DNA of 32,000 bases from Candidatus Omnitrophota bacterium (GCA_963662715.1 OY759724.1:2580001-2612000); one strand, 5' to 3'; shown: positions 1 to 8,890, counted from the stretch's first letter. Notes: generated by a model not told the origin, from the sequence alone. Numbers and translations are program-made.

Positions 1-736
1 CGCTGTTGAGATTAACGATTTGACCGTGGCTTATCAAGAGAGTCCTGTCTTATGGGATATTGATCTTAATATTCCCAAAGGGGTTTTATCCGCCATCATC
101 GGGCCTAACGGAGCGGGTAAAAGTACGCTCATCAAGGCCATTTTGGGACTGCTGCGGCCCGTGGCCGGCGAGGTTTTTGTTTTCGGCGAGCCTTACAAAA
201 AACAGCGTCAGGTGGTGGGGTATGTTCCTCAGAGAACCAGTGTTGACTGGGATTTTCCTGCCAGTGTTTTGGATGTCGTGATGATGGGGCTTTACGGCCG
301 GTTGGGATGGATTAAACGCCCCGGTAAAGCGGAAAAGGATATGGCGCTGGAAGCTTTGCATAAAATGGGCATGGCGGAGTTTGCCGGCCGCCAGATCAGT
401 CAATTATCCGGAGGGCAGCAGCAGCGGACCTTCCTGGCCCGGGCTCTGGTTCAGGATGCGCTGGTTTATTTTATGGATGAACCTCTGCAGGGTGTCGATA
501 TCCACACGGAGAAAGCCGTTATCCGTTTGCTGCATGAATTGCGCGACCAGGGAAAGACCCTGATGGTGGTTCATCATGACCTGCAGACAGTTTCGGAATA
601 TTTTGACTGGGTCGTGATGCTGAACAAACGTTTAACTGTGAGCGGGAAAGTGGAGGATGTTTTTACGGAAGAGAATCTTCGGCAGACATACCGCGGCATG
701 ATGTCGTTCATGCATAAGACCGTACCGGCCAGTTGA
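1..736 (+). CDS. Metal (Mn/Zn/Fe-type) ABC transporter ATP-binding subunit, 5' end off-window
   Basis: The frame is open from nt 2 (AVEINDLTVAY...), so the TTG at 20 in the ORF track is probably not the true start. Motifs: Walker A GPNGAGKST, ABC signature LSGGQQQR, Walker B VYFMDEP, H-loop VVHHD. The stop TGA at 734-736 overlaps the next start (TTGA). It is the first gene of an ATPase-permease-permease-binding protein operon. Confidence 0.9.
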   Translation, partial: AVEINDLTVAYQESPVLWDIDLNIPKGVLSAIIGPNGAGKSTLIKAILGLLRPVAGEVFVFGEPYKKQRQVVGYVPQRTSVDWDFPASVLDVVMMGLYGRLGWIKRPGKAEKDMALEALHKMGMAEFAGRQISQLSGGQQQRTFLARALVQDALVYFMDEPLQGVDIHTEKAVIRLLHELRDQGKTLMVVHHDLQTVSEYFDWVVMLNKRLTVSGKVEDVFTEENLRQTYRGMMSFMHKTVPAS

Positions 737-1878
737 TCACAATTATGATTGATTTTATCCAGACAATTTGGGGGGATTACACTTTACGGACCGTTATCAT
801 GGGAACAGCTCTGCTGGGCATGGTCAACGGGGTTCTGGGGTGTTTTGCCTTTTTGCGCCGTCAAAGCCTGCTGGGTGACTCCATCGCGCACGCGGCCCTG
901 CCGGGCATCGCGTTGGCGTTTTTATTAACGGGAAGTAAGGCCACGATTGTTTTGATTATCGGTGCTGCTGTTTCGGGATGGCTGGGAATGCTGCTGGTGA
1001 TGTCTATTATCCGGATGACCCGGATCAAAGAGGACAGCGCCCTGGGCATGATGTTATCGGTCTTTTTCGGCCTGGGGATGGTGCTTTTGACATTTATCAA
1101 CCGTCTGCCCACAGCGAGCAAGGCCGGGTTACAAAAGTTTTTGTTCGGAATGGCCGCGACAATGCTGGAAAGTGATGTCCTGGCCATGGCCGTTCTGGGA
1201 TTGCTTGTTTTGTTTTTAGTGATTGTGTTCTGGAAAGAATTCAAGCTCTTGTCCTTTAACCCGGAGTACGGAGAAACATTGGGCTATCCGGTGCATCTTT
1301 TGGATGTTTTGTTAACGGCGATGATCGTTATGTCTATCGTGATTGGACTGGAGGCTGTGGGCGTTATTTTAATGAGTTCCCTGATCGTGGCCCCGGCCGC
1401 GGCCGCCCGGCAGTGGACAGACCGGTTGAACGTGATGGTCGTTTTGGCTGCTGTTTTCGGGGCCAGTTCCGGTATATTCGGCGCGCTGTTAAGCGGCGCG
1501 GTCAGCCGTTTGTCGACCGGGCCGACCATTGTTTTATTTGTTACGGCGGTATTTGTTGTTTCCTTTATTATTTCTCCTAAACGGGGTATCCTTTTTACCT
1601 GGATCCGCCGGGTGCAAAGCCGCCATAAAATCCGTTTTGAAAATGTCCTCACCGACCTTTATCATTTGTCCCTTCATCATGCAGAGCCGCGGGGGCATCC
1701 GGTGCCGGTTCTGCGGACGATGAACTCCAGGGGCGTCGGTATTCAAAGAAGTCTAAACCTCATGCAGCGTCTGGGGCTAGTCCGGCAGACGAAAAGGGAT
1801 CTCTGGATTTTGACGGAAAAGGGAACGGCCGAAGCTGAGAAAATATTGAAACAGCGGGGAGCACCGAATGGATATTGA
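733..1878 (+). CDS. Metal ABC transporter permease (ABC-3 / TroC-MntC-ZnuB type) with C-terminal DtxR-like winged-helix extension
   Basis: 381 aa with a multi-pass hydrophobic core typical of ABC-3 permeases. The TTG start at 733 is coupled to the upstream stop; an alternative ATG lies at 745. The last ~85 aa (nt ~1612-1875) are soluble: FENVLTDLYHLS...LMQRLGLVRQTKRDLWILTEKGTAEAEKIL. This matches the wHTH pattern of DtxR/MntR N-terminal domains. Confidence 0.88.
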   Translation: MITIMIDFIQTIWGDYTLRTVIMGTALLGMVNGVLGCFAFLRRQSLLGDSIAHAALPGIALAFLLTGSKATIVLIIGAAVSGWLGMLLVMSIIRMTRIKEDSALGMMLSVFFGLGMVLLTFINRLPTASKAGLQKFLFGMAATMLESDVLAMAVLGLLVLFLVIVFWKEFKLLSFNPEYGETLGYPVHLLDVLLTAMIVMSIVIGLEAVGVILMSSLIVAPAAAARQWTDRLNVMVVLAAVFGASSGIFGALLSGAVSRLSTGPTIVLFVTAVFVVSFIISPKRGILFTWIRRVQSRHKIRFENVLTDLYHLSLHHAEPRGHPVPVLRTMNSRGVGIQRSLNLMQRLGLVRQTKRDLWILTEKGTAEAEKILKQRGAPNGY

Positions 1879-2977
1879 AACCATTCAGATTATTCTGATT
1901 GCCTGTTTAACGGCAGCGACATGCGCGGTGCTGGGCGTTTTTCTTGTCCTGCGCCGTATGGCTTTAATGAGCGATGCGATCAGTCATTCGATTCTGTTGG
2001 GAATCGTTCTCGTGTTTTTTCTTGTTGAAGATCTGTCCTCCCCCTGGCTGATCGTCGGGGCAGGGGCGACAGGCCTGCTCATGGCTGTTCTGGTTGAAGC
2101 CCTTAATAAAACCCATTTAGTCAAGGAGGATGCTTCTATCGGCCTGGTTTTTCCGGCCTTGTTCAGCATAGGCGTTATTCTGATTAACCTCTATGCCGGC
2201 AATATCCATTTGGATATTGATGCTGTTTTGGTCGGGGACTTGGTTTTTGCCCCGTTTAATACGTTGACGGTGTCTGGACGGGATGTGGGGCCTAAAGCCC
2301 TTTATGTCATGTCGTGCTTACTGCTGCTGAATGTTTTGTTTATCATTGTCTTTTTTAAGGAATTCAAGTTGTCGACTTTTGACGCCGGATTGGCTTCGAC
2401 CTTTGGCTTCGCGCCCGGCCTATTGCACTATGTTTTTATGGGCCTGGTTTCCATAACGGCTGTAGGCGCTTTTGATACTGTAGGTTCGATTCTCGTTGTC
2501 GCACTGATGATTGCGCCTCCGGCCTCCGCTTTTCTGCTTACGAGCCGTTTAGTGACTATGCTTTGGTTGAGCGCGGGGTTCGGGATTCTGAGCGCTGTAA
2601 CCGGCTTTTTTATCGCCCATGCCCTTGATTCCTCCATATCTGGATGCATTGCCGTTATGACCGGAGTTTATTTCCTTTTAACATTTCTCTTGGCTCCTCA
2701 TCGGGGTGTTTTGGCTATTATCAAACGCCGTTTGACCCAGCGGCTGGAATTCGCCCAGGGTGTCTTGGCGGTGCATCTGGCCCATCATCGGGGCAGGGAG
2801 GAAGAGCGCCAGGAATGCCGGGCAGACCATTTGACCGACCATATCCGATGGGAGCCGGGATTTGCCCAGAAAGTTATCGACCTCTCTCAAAAAGATCAGC
2901 TTATTATTAACCAAAAAGGGATTTTAAAGTTAACCCAGAAAGGACTGGAATTAGCGGATACGGTCATGGAAAATTAA
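1868..2977 (+). CDS. Second metal ABC transporter permease (TroD-MntD type), also with C-terminal winged-helix-like extension
   Basis: 369 aa, paralogous to the preceding permease (for example DAISHSILLG versus DSIAHAALPG). The ATG at 1868 overlaps the upstream gene by 11 nt. The C-terminal ~85 aa (nt ~2722-2974) read LEFAQGVLAVHLAHH...QKVIDLSQKDQLIINQKGILKLTQKGLELADTVM, the same wHTH-like pattern. Confidence 0.88.
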   Translation: MDIETIQIILIACLTAATCAVLGVFLVLRRMALMSDAISHSILLGIVLVFFLVEDLSSPWLIVGAGATGLLMAVLVEALNKTHLVKEDASIGLVFPALFSIGVILINLYAGNIHLDIDAVLVGDLVFAPFNTLTVSGRDVGPKALYVMSCLLLLNVLFIIVFFKEFKLSTFDAGLASTFGFAPGLLHYVFMGLVSITAVGAFDTVGSILVVALMIAPPASAFLLTSRLVTMLWLSAGFGILSAVTGFFIAHALDSSISGCIAVMTGVYFLLTFLLAPHRGVLAIIKRRLTQRLEFAQGVLAVHLAHHRGREEERQECRADHLTDHIRWEPGFAQKVIDLSQKDQLIINQKGILKLTQKGLELADTVMEN

Positions 2978-3004
2978 TGTCCCTAATCCGGGAGGAGTTT
3001 ATTT

Positions 3005-3907
3005 ATGAATCACCGCAGAATCATTATCAATACGGGCCTGGCCGTTCTGTGTTTTCTCTGGTGCGGCGCGGGGACGGGTTTCGCACAGCAGGTGCGAGTT
3101 CTGGCGACAACCGGAATGATCGCCGATGTGGCGTCGAATGTGGGGCAGGATTTGGTTGAGGTGACGGCTTTGATGGGGCCGGGTGTCGATCCTCATTTGT
3201 ATCAGGCCACGGCACGGGATGTTCAACGGATGCGCAAGGCCGATATCATTTTTTATAATGGGCTTCATCTGGAAGCCGGCCTGCAGAAGATTTTAGAAAA
3301 GATGCCCCAAAAGGCTGTTGCTGTTACAAAAGATATTCCGGAAGATATTATTCAGACCCGTGATCATAAGCATGACCCGCATGTCTGGATGGATGTCTCC
3401 TTATGGATCAGAGCCGTGGAGACCGTTAGGAACGGCCTTATTCAAAAGGACCCCGCAAACAGACAACGCTATGAACAGCAGGCGAAAGATTATCTGCAAA
3501 AACTTCAGGCCCTGCACGGCTCCATTATGAAAAAAGTTGCCCTCATCCCGGAGAACGGCCGGGTGCTTATCACGGCGCATGACGCGTTCGCCTATTTTGG
3601 CAAAGCCTATGGGATGGAGGTTAAAGCCTTGATGGGTATTAGTACGCAGACCGAAGCCGGGACGAAAGATGTGCAGGACCTGACGGCGTTTATCGTTTCC
3701 GGAAAAATCAAAGCCATCTTTGTGGAAAGCAGTGTGCCGGAGAAATATGTTGAAGCGGTTCAGGAGGCCGTAAAGCAAAAGGGATTTGATGTGCAAATCG
3801 GAGGAGAGTTGTTTTCCGATGCCATGGGCGCAGAGGGGACTTTTGAAGGAACGTATATCGGAATGTTGACCCATAATACGGATACGATCGTCAATGCCCT
3901 TAAATAA
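3005..3907 (+). CDS. Cluster A-I metal-binding lipoprotein/periplasmic protein (TroA/PsaA/MntC/ZnuA family)
   Basis: SD GGAGGAG at 2991-2997, 7 nt before the ATG. N-terminal signal sequence (LAVLCFLWCGAGTGFAQQ). Family motifs that carry the metal ligands: GVDPHLYQ, HDPHVWMD, ITAHDAFAYF, ELFSDAMG (a His/His/His/Asp pattern, TroA-like). There is no long His-rich loop, so metal specificity (Mn/Fe/Zn) is undetermined. Confidence 0.9.
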   Translation: MNHRRIIINTGLAVLCFLWCGAGTGFAQQVRVLATTGMIADVASNVGQDLVEVTALMGPGVDPHLYQATARDVQRMRKADIIFYNGLHLEAGLQKILEKMPQKAVAVTKDIPEDIIQTRDHKHDPHVWMDVSLWIRAVETVRNGLIQKDPANRQRYEQQAKDYLQKLQALHGSIMKKVALIPENGRVLITAHDAFAYFGKAYGMEVKALMGISTQTEAGTKDVQDLTAFIVSGKIKAIFVESSVPEKYVEAVQEAVKQKGFDVQIGGELFSDAMGAEGTFEGTYIGMLTHNTDTIVNALK

Positions 3908-4035
3908 ATTCTGCCCAATCCTATTGTTTGATCTGCGGGGACACTTCTCTAGGAACTTCTTGGGACTAAAAGAGATAGATAGACCCGGTCCCTACTTTAC
4001 TTTATTAAAGATAGCTGAAACCAAAGGATAGAATT

Positions 4036-4344
4036 ATGAAAAGGATATTATTATTTTTGTCTTTGATCTGGATGAGCGCGTGTTCCACTTCAGCCGAATA
4101 TACAAGCAAAAAATTTGACGTTCCTGAAAAACAATTAAGTTGTGAAGAACGATGGTCAGAATTAAAAAAGGGACTGCATTATAGTGAAGTGAATGATTTG
4201 CTGGGTTCTATTTCGAAACTTTCCCAGGAGGAGGCTTGCACGTTGGCGAAGAATGGAGGCTATAAAATCTATAGCAAAAAAGGTTCTTTTCTCTTCGATA
4301 AGTCGTGTCTGCTTGAAAAATGGACGAATTATGAGTGTCCTTAG
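4036..4344 (+). CDS. Small secreted/lipoprotein, unknown function
   Basis: 102 aa. AAGGA lies 8 nt upstream of the ATG. N-terminus MKRILLFLSLIWMSAC has a lipobox-like MSAC. Four further Cys could form two disulfides. I recognise no family. Confidence 0.6.
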   Translation: MKRILLFLSLIWMSACSTSAEYTSKKFDVPEKQLSCEERWSELKKGLHYSEVNDLLGSISKLSQEEACTLAKNGGYKIYSKKGSFLFDKSCLLEKWTNYECP

Positions 4345-4416
4345 TCAATAGAGAACAAGTTGTCCTCAGGATTCGTGAATTTAAGATTGAACGGTGAACG
4401 CCCCTAATATAATTTT

Positions 4417-5493
4417 ATGTTCTGTAAGGGGATGTCGGGCCGACCATGTAGGAGGATGAATAGTAAAATGAGCAGTTCGCATGATGTTGAAAAACAAATT
4501 ATCATTGGCACAAATGCCGGCCAGAAGAATTATCAGTTCGATGAAGAACATGACCCGAATCTTCCGGCCCAGATGTGGTTTCAGGAATCCGAAGAAGGAG
4601 AGATCCTTTTTATCGTTTTTTATTCGCAGGCCTGCCGATGGTCCCGCTGTCTCGGCTGTAATTTGCCTTCCCGGATGGCCCAAAAACATGTCGGTTTTAA
4701 GGCCCTGATGGCTCAAGCGGATTATGTTTTTACCCGCCCGGAAGTCGTCAGGCGGAGCCCCTGCTTAAAGAAAGTCATCGTCAGCAACAATGGTTCTGTT
4801 TTGGATGAGGCGACATTTTCTTCGACAGCATTGATATACCTCATGGCCAAAATGAACCTTCACTTTCCGCAACTCGCGGTTTTGACTCTGGAAACGAGAG
4901 TGGAGTATGTGGATATCGAAGAGCTGGAATTTATAGCCCGTACGTTAGCCGAGGGGGATACCCCGACCATGCTGGAGATAGCTGTGGGCTTTGAAGCTTT
5001 TGATGACCGTATAAGAAATGAGGTTTTTCATAAAGGACTGACGCTGGAAACATTTGAAAAGTTGTGCGCTATGCTGGCCGTGCATGGTTTTCGTTTAAAG
5101 TGTTATTTTATGCAGAAGCCGGTTCCCGGGTTGTCCGATGAGGAGGCCATCCTCGACATCCACCGGGCCATTGATTATTTGAGTGAACAATCACGGAAGT
5201 TCGGAATAAAAATCAACATGCACCTGAACCCGACCTTCGTGGCGGCGGGAACGATGTTGGAACAGAGTTTTAGACGTCAGCAGTATTCCCCTCCGAAATT
5301 GACGGATGTCATTCGTGCGGCCGTAAAAGGAGAAGGGAAAAACATTTCTGTTTATCTTGGCCTTTCCGATGAAGGGCTGGCCTGCGAAGGCGGATCCTTT
5401 ATCCGGCCCGGGGACGAACCTCTCATCAATCAATTGGAGGTTTTCAATAAAACACAGAATTACAGCCTGCTTCATGAAATATTGTCTTCTTGA
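4417..5493 (+). CDS. TIGR01210 / RaSEA-like radical-SAM-type (Elp3-related TIM barrel) protein
   Basis: The order of blocks matches my memory of the TIGR01210 family: FIVFYSQACRWSRCLGCNL (Cys cluster), VSNNGSVLDEATF, LETRVEYVDIEELE, LEIAVGFEAFDDRIRNEVFHKGLT, RLKCYFMQKPVPGLSDEEAI, NMHLNPTFVAAGTMLE, YSPPKL. The start is uncertain: ATGs at 4417, 4432, 4456 and 4468, with GGAGG at 4451-4455. Confidence 0.6.
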   Translation: MFCKGMSGRPCRRMNSKMSSSHDVEKQIIIGTNAGQKNYQFDEEHDPNLPAQMWFQESEEGEILFIVFYSQACRWSRCLGCNLPSRMAQKHVGFKALMAQADYVFTRPEVVRRSPCLKKVIVSNNGSVLDEATFSSTALIYLMAKMNLHFPQLAVLTLETRVEYVDIEELEFIARTLAEGDTPTMLEIAVGFEAFDDRIRNEVFHKGLTLETFEKLCAMLAVHGFRLKCYFMQKPVPGLSDEEAILDIHRAIDYLSEQSRKFGIKINMHLNPTFVAAGTMLEQSFRRQQYSPPKLTDVIRAAVKGEGKNISVYLGLSDEGLACEGGSFIRPGDEPLINQLEVFNKTQNYSLLHEILSS

Positions 5494-5512
5494 AGATATT
5501 GAAAGAGCCGTA

Positions 5513-6496
5513 TTATAAAATTTCCTTGCCAGTGATGAGCGTCAGCAGTTTAGGGTAAACGAGGTGAATCTTCTGGTCGGGCTGTTCGGGATCGATCAGG
5601 TCATGGCCCAATTGAAGATTTTTCGGAAATTCATAATGCCGTATTTTATGCGGGTCGTGCGAGCGCCAGTTTCTTTTAACCGTTTTAATGCTTTTTCTGT
5701 TAACCGCTTTGTCATTCGCATTTGTTATGATGATAATGGCCCCTGCCGAAGGTTGATGTTTTCCCCCTTCCGCCTGTATATGCCATCCTAAACGCCTGAT
5801 TTCCCCGAGCGCTCTCGCTGAAAAGCCGTAATAGGCTGACTCAGGACCTTTCATTTGGGCTTTTTCCAGGGGGTTCCACCAGACAAACCGGTCGGGTAAT
5901 ATGAGCAGGAGGTTGATTGTGGGTTTCAGGAATATCTCCGGGGCCACATATGTTCCGAAATTCGGGGCAATTAAAACAGCCTGATCAACATCATTACGGA
6001 ACTGCGCGGCCCAGCCGGTCATGACCCCGCCCATGGACAGCCCCACCACTGTCACCCGTTCGCCCAACCCCCGGGCGATATCCACGGATTCATCGCAAAA
6101 TGCCTTGAGTTCTTCCGCTGTCAGATACCCTAAATCCGGGGCCATCCGGTCTTTATGCCCGTGGCGGGGGAGCCGTGGAATCAGGACGTTATACCCCAAC
6201 TTATAAAATTCTTCCCCCAGCGCTTTAAACTGGCGCGGGCTGTTGGTAAATCCATGGAAAAACACGATAGCCTCGTTCACCTTTTTCCCGTGATTCATAA
6301 AGATCAACTGTCCGGTGGGGGCGAGTTCCCGGGAGTTTAAGTTTTTCAATTTTTCTATTCTCTGCAGACTTTCCTGATAACTTTTGGCGGGACGGGGCCG
6401 GGAGAACAGGGTCTGGGTGTTAACCGAATATAATCGGGAGAGGGCTATCCCGATGACGGATATCCAGATAAGTTTTTTAACTGATATCTTGAACAT
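5513..6496 (-). CDS. Membrane-anchored/secreted alpha/beta-fold hydrolase (esterase/lysophospholipase-like)
   Basis: 327 aa. N-terminal hydrophobic anchor LIWISVIGIALSRLYS. Oxyanion-region FFHGFTNSP and nucleophile elbow VVGLSMGG (GxSxG). It is convergent with the preceding gene, leaving a 19-nt gap. Confidence 0.85.
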   Translation of the reverse strand: MFKISVKKLIWISVIGIALSRLYSVNTQTLFSRPRPAKSYQESLQRIEKLKNLNSRELAPTGQLIFMNHGKKVNEAIVFFHGFTNSPRQFKALGEEFYKLGYNVLIPRLPRHGHKDRMAPDLGYLTAEELKAFCDESVDIARGLGERVTVVGLSMGGVMTGWAAQFRNDVDQAVLIAPNFGTYVAPEIFLKPTINLLLILPDRFVWWNPLEKAQMKGPESAYYGFSARALGEIRRLGWHIQAEGGKHQPSAGAIIIITNANDKAVNRKSIKTVKRNWRSHDPHKIRHYEFPKNLQLGHDLIDPEQPDQKIHLVYPKLLTLITGKEIL

Positions 6497-6827
6497 AGAA
6501 ATTTATTCAAGCGGGTTGGGATCTGTGTTGTTATTGACAGCCTTTTATGTCCCGTTTTCCCGTACGGGATTTTAGAAAGCTTCTGGAAAATAGATACTTG
6601 AAGATTAGTGTATACTAAAATACGTTTCTTGACAATAGTTTGGCATGTCCGGTCCGGGGCAGGTGTCCGCGGATGAGCCGTTTATCTTGCGTATTTATTG
6701 TCATAATTTTTTAACCCCATTATAAATTATCGCCCTATTTTTCATAGACACATAATAATATTTATATTAAACTAAAAATTCAAAGAAAATCGCGGCTGCA
6801 ATCTGCCCTTACTAAGGAGGTTAAATC
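6497..6827. promoter_or_regulatory. AT-rich divergent intergenic region, presumed promoters for 5513-6496(-) and the 6828 cluster(+)
   Basis: 331 bp of non-coding DNA between divergent genes. On the + strand, TAGACA (6745-6750) is followed 17 nt later by TAAACT (6768-6773). TTGACA (6629-6634) and TATACT (6611-6616) hexamers are also present but are not properly spaced. No transcription start can be assigned from sequence alone. Confidence 0.3.
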
Positions 6828-8663
6828 ATGAGAGGGAAAATAGTCTGTTTAATGACATGTTTGTTGTTCCTGCTGAGTTCTGTGAATCCTGTCTTCGCCC
6901 AGACGTTTAAGGAAAGAGTGGGCACGCTGGCTATCGGCGAGGTTCCTGATCCGGGAGAAGTGCAGATCCCCTTCATCACCTGGGGGGGAGACATGATTAC
7001 CTTCTACGCGAACGGGGGGCTTAAGACAGCCAAGGATTCCATCTTCGGCAAGCTTGGTCTTAATGTCAATCTGGTGGCCAGAGACGATCTGGAGCAGCAG
7101 GCTAAAGAATATATGGAGGGGCAAAGCCCTTTCATGAGGGGAACTTTCCGTATGATGGGCCAGGTATCGGAACTGATCGCCAGCAGCCCTAAAACAAAGG
7201 GTGTTATGGTCCTGCAGTTGACCTGGTCGGCCGGGGATCATTGTGTCATACGGAAGGGCGTTAAAACGATCGGCGATTTAAAAGGGAAGAAAATTGTCCT
7301 GCAGCGCGGGGGCCCTCATGTCGGTATGCTGGACGATATCTTAAGAACGGCAAAGTTGACCTGGGATGACGTGACGGTTATTTGGGCTAAAGACCTCACG
7401 GCGTCCCCAGACAGCCCTGCGGAACTTTTCCGCAGCAATGACGATATCGCGGCGTGTTTTGTTATTTCACCTGATATGATCGGTCTCACCGGAGGACTGC
7501 AGAACACCGGTTCAGGGGCGGAAGGGACGGTCGCCGGGGCGCATGTCCTGGTTTCAACGGCTAATATGAGCTATTCCATTGCCGATGTTTATATCGTCAG
7601 AAGCGATTTCTATTATAAACATAAAGCCTGGGTCGAAAAGTTTGTTGCCGGATATTTAAAGGCCGCCGAAGAAGTCGTTGCCTTGCGGAAAGATTATGAG
7701 ACAAAAGGTTCGGATCAGTTTGTGCGGTTGTTGCAGTTGACACAGGATATTTATGGCAAGGAGACGATCCCCACCCTGGAAGAAGATGCGTATGGCTTGT
7801 TGATAGATGCGACCTTGGTCGGGCACCCCGGAAACGTCGCTTTTTTCCGCGATGCGGATAATGCTCACGGGTTTGAGGTCTTCATGGACAGATCTTTGGA
7901 GCTTGCGAAGAACCTGGGCATTGTCAATAAAAAAGTCCCGATCAGCAACAATGATTTTGATTACAATGCCGCCGTTTTTATGAATTATCTGTCCCAGACT
8001 GACGTGGTGAAGAAAGATAAGTTTAAGGCCGAAGCGGTCCAGCGGGAAATCGAAGAGTTGACCGAACGCGGCGGATTGGACGAGAAAACGATCCTGTCTT
8101 TTACTATTGATTTTAAGGCCAATCAGACAGATTTTACCGCTGAAGAATATGCCGCTGATTTCGATGAAGTCATCAACAGCATGGATCAGTTCGGAAATGC
8201 TGTCTTGGCTATTCGCGGCCATGCGGATCCCACTTTGGCTTTGAAAGCATTGGTTGAAGCGGGGATGGCCAAGGGCATTATTCAGAGAAGCGGAAAACAA
8301 GGAAACTGGCAGTACTTTTATAAGGGACGTCCGCTGAATCTTCAGGACACCGCGGAAATCATTTCCCTTATTAACTCCGGGGCTTTTGATCACGGCCAGC
8401 ATAATGCCCGCGCTATTGTGCAGCAGGCCCTGAATTTATCCAGGAAAAGAGCCGAGGCGGTAAGACAAAGTTTTCTGAAATACGCTAAGGGCAAAGGGCT
8501 GGATGTCGACGAAACTCAAATTCAGGCTTTTGGTGTCGGGATACGGGAGCCGCTTGTTCCCAAACCCCGCAATCAATGGGAAGCCAAACAGAATATGAGG
8601 GGTGAATTTTCTCTGATTAGAACGTCTGCTGAAACAATGAATCCTTCTGATTTTGATTTTTGA
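6828..8663 (+). CDS. Secreted fusion protein: NMT1/SsuA/TauA-like solute-binding domain + C-terminal OmpA/MotB-like peptidoglycan-binding domain
   Basis: SD AAGGAGG lies 7 nt upstream. Signal peptide MRGKIVCLMTCLLFLLSSVNPVFA|QT. The N-terminal ~400 aa share blocks with the ABC binding protein at 12982, for example WSAGDHCVIRKGVKTIGDLKGKKI versus SFGADALIVSDKIKDFNDLKKVNV. C-terminal OmpA-like motifs: FTIDFKANQTDF, AIRGHADPT, LNLSRKRAEAVRQSFL, FGVGIREP, NMRGEFSLI. Confidence 0.8.
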   Translation: MRGKIVCLMTCLLFLLSSVNPVFAQTFKERVGTLAIGEVPDPGEVQIPFITWGGDMITFYANGGLKTAKDSIFGKLGLNVNLVARDDLEQQAKEYMEGQSPFMRGTFRMMGQVSELIASSPKTKGVMVLQLTWSAGDHCVIRKGVKTIGDLKGKKIVLQRGGPHVGMLDDILRTAKLTWDDVTVIWAKDLTASPDSPAELFRSNDDIAACFVISPDMIGLTGGLQNTGSGAEGTVAGAHVLVSTANMSYSIADVYIVRSDFYYKHKAWVEKFVAGYLKAAEEVVALRKDYETKGSDQFVRLLQLTQDIYGKETIPTLEEDAYGLLIDATLVGHPGNVAFFRDADNAHGFEVFMDRSLELAKNLGIVNKKVPISNNDFDYNAAVFMNYLSQTDVVKKDKFKAEAVQREIEELTERGGLDEKTILSFTIDFKANQTDFTAEEYAADFDEVINSMDQFGNAVLAIRGHADPTLALKALVEAGMAKGIIQRSGKQGNWQYFYKGRPLNLQDTAEIISLINSGAFDHGQHNARAIVQQALNLSRKRAEAVRQSFLKYAKGKGLDVDETQIQAFGVGIREPLVPKPRNQWEAKQNMRGEFSLIRTSAETMNPSDFDF

Positions 8664-8803
8664 TTTATAACGGCTTTTTTACGGGGGCTGTGTGCGAACC
8701 TTAGTCGCTTCGGAATCCGGAAGTTCAAGAATGGCTTCCGATACGGCGGCGGGACGTTTTGTAAACAGACGTGCGGCGCCGAAGGATGTCCTTTACGGAA
8801 GAT

Positions 8804-8832
8804 ATGCCTCTCCAGAGGCGAGGCATGTTTTT
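8804..8832 (+). terminator. Candidate intrinsic terminator/attenuator hairpin in the 227-nt spacer upstream of the VWA gene
   Basis: ATGCCTC (8804-8810) pairs with GAGGCAT (8820-8826): a 7-bp stem and a 9-nt loop. It is followed by G then TTTTT (8828-8832). It lies ~140 nt after the upstream stop and ~60 nt before the GTG at 8891. Confidence 0.3.
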
Positions 8833-8890
8833 GCAAAACAGAAGAAATTGGCAAGGATGGCTTGAATCATTTGAATTCTAGGAGGTTCAT

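Noticed and set aside
6559-6568. A perfect 10-bp palindrome, CCCGTACGGG, followed by ATTTT in the divergent intergenic region.
   Set aside because: It is too short and has no usable loop, so it cannot be a terminator. It is isolated, with no second copy. Nothing ties it to a regulator.
7656-8402. Long antisense ORFs inside confident genes: 7656-8402(-) 248 aa, 21790-22374(-) 194 aa, 23771-24604(-) 277 aa, 25664-26236(-) 190 aa, 16510-17025(-) 171 aa, 12256-12762(-) 168 aa and others.
   Set aside because: They are shadow ORFs opposite strongly supported + strand genes. They lack RBS-like sequences and have skewed, low-complexity compositions (Arg/Ser/Leu/Phe-rich). They show no recognisable motifs.
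8573-8854. A 93-aa minus-strand ORF in the spacer between the first SBP-OmpA gene and the VWA gene.
   Set aside because: It overlaps the 3' end of the + strand gene. It has a highly basic, Pro-rich composition and no RBS. The spacer is better explained by RNA structure.
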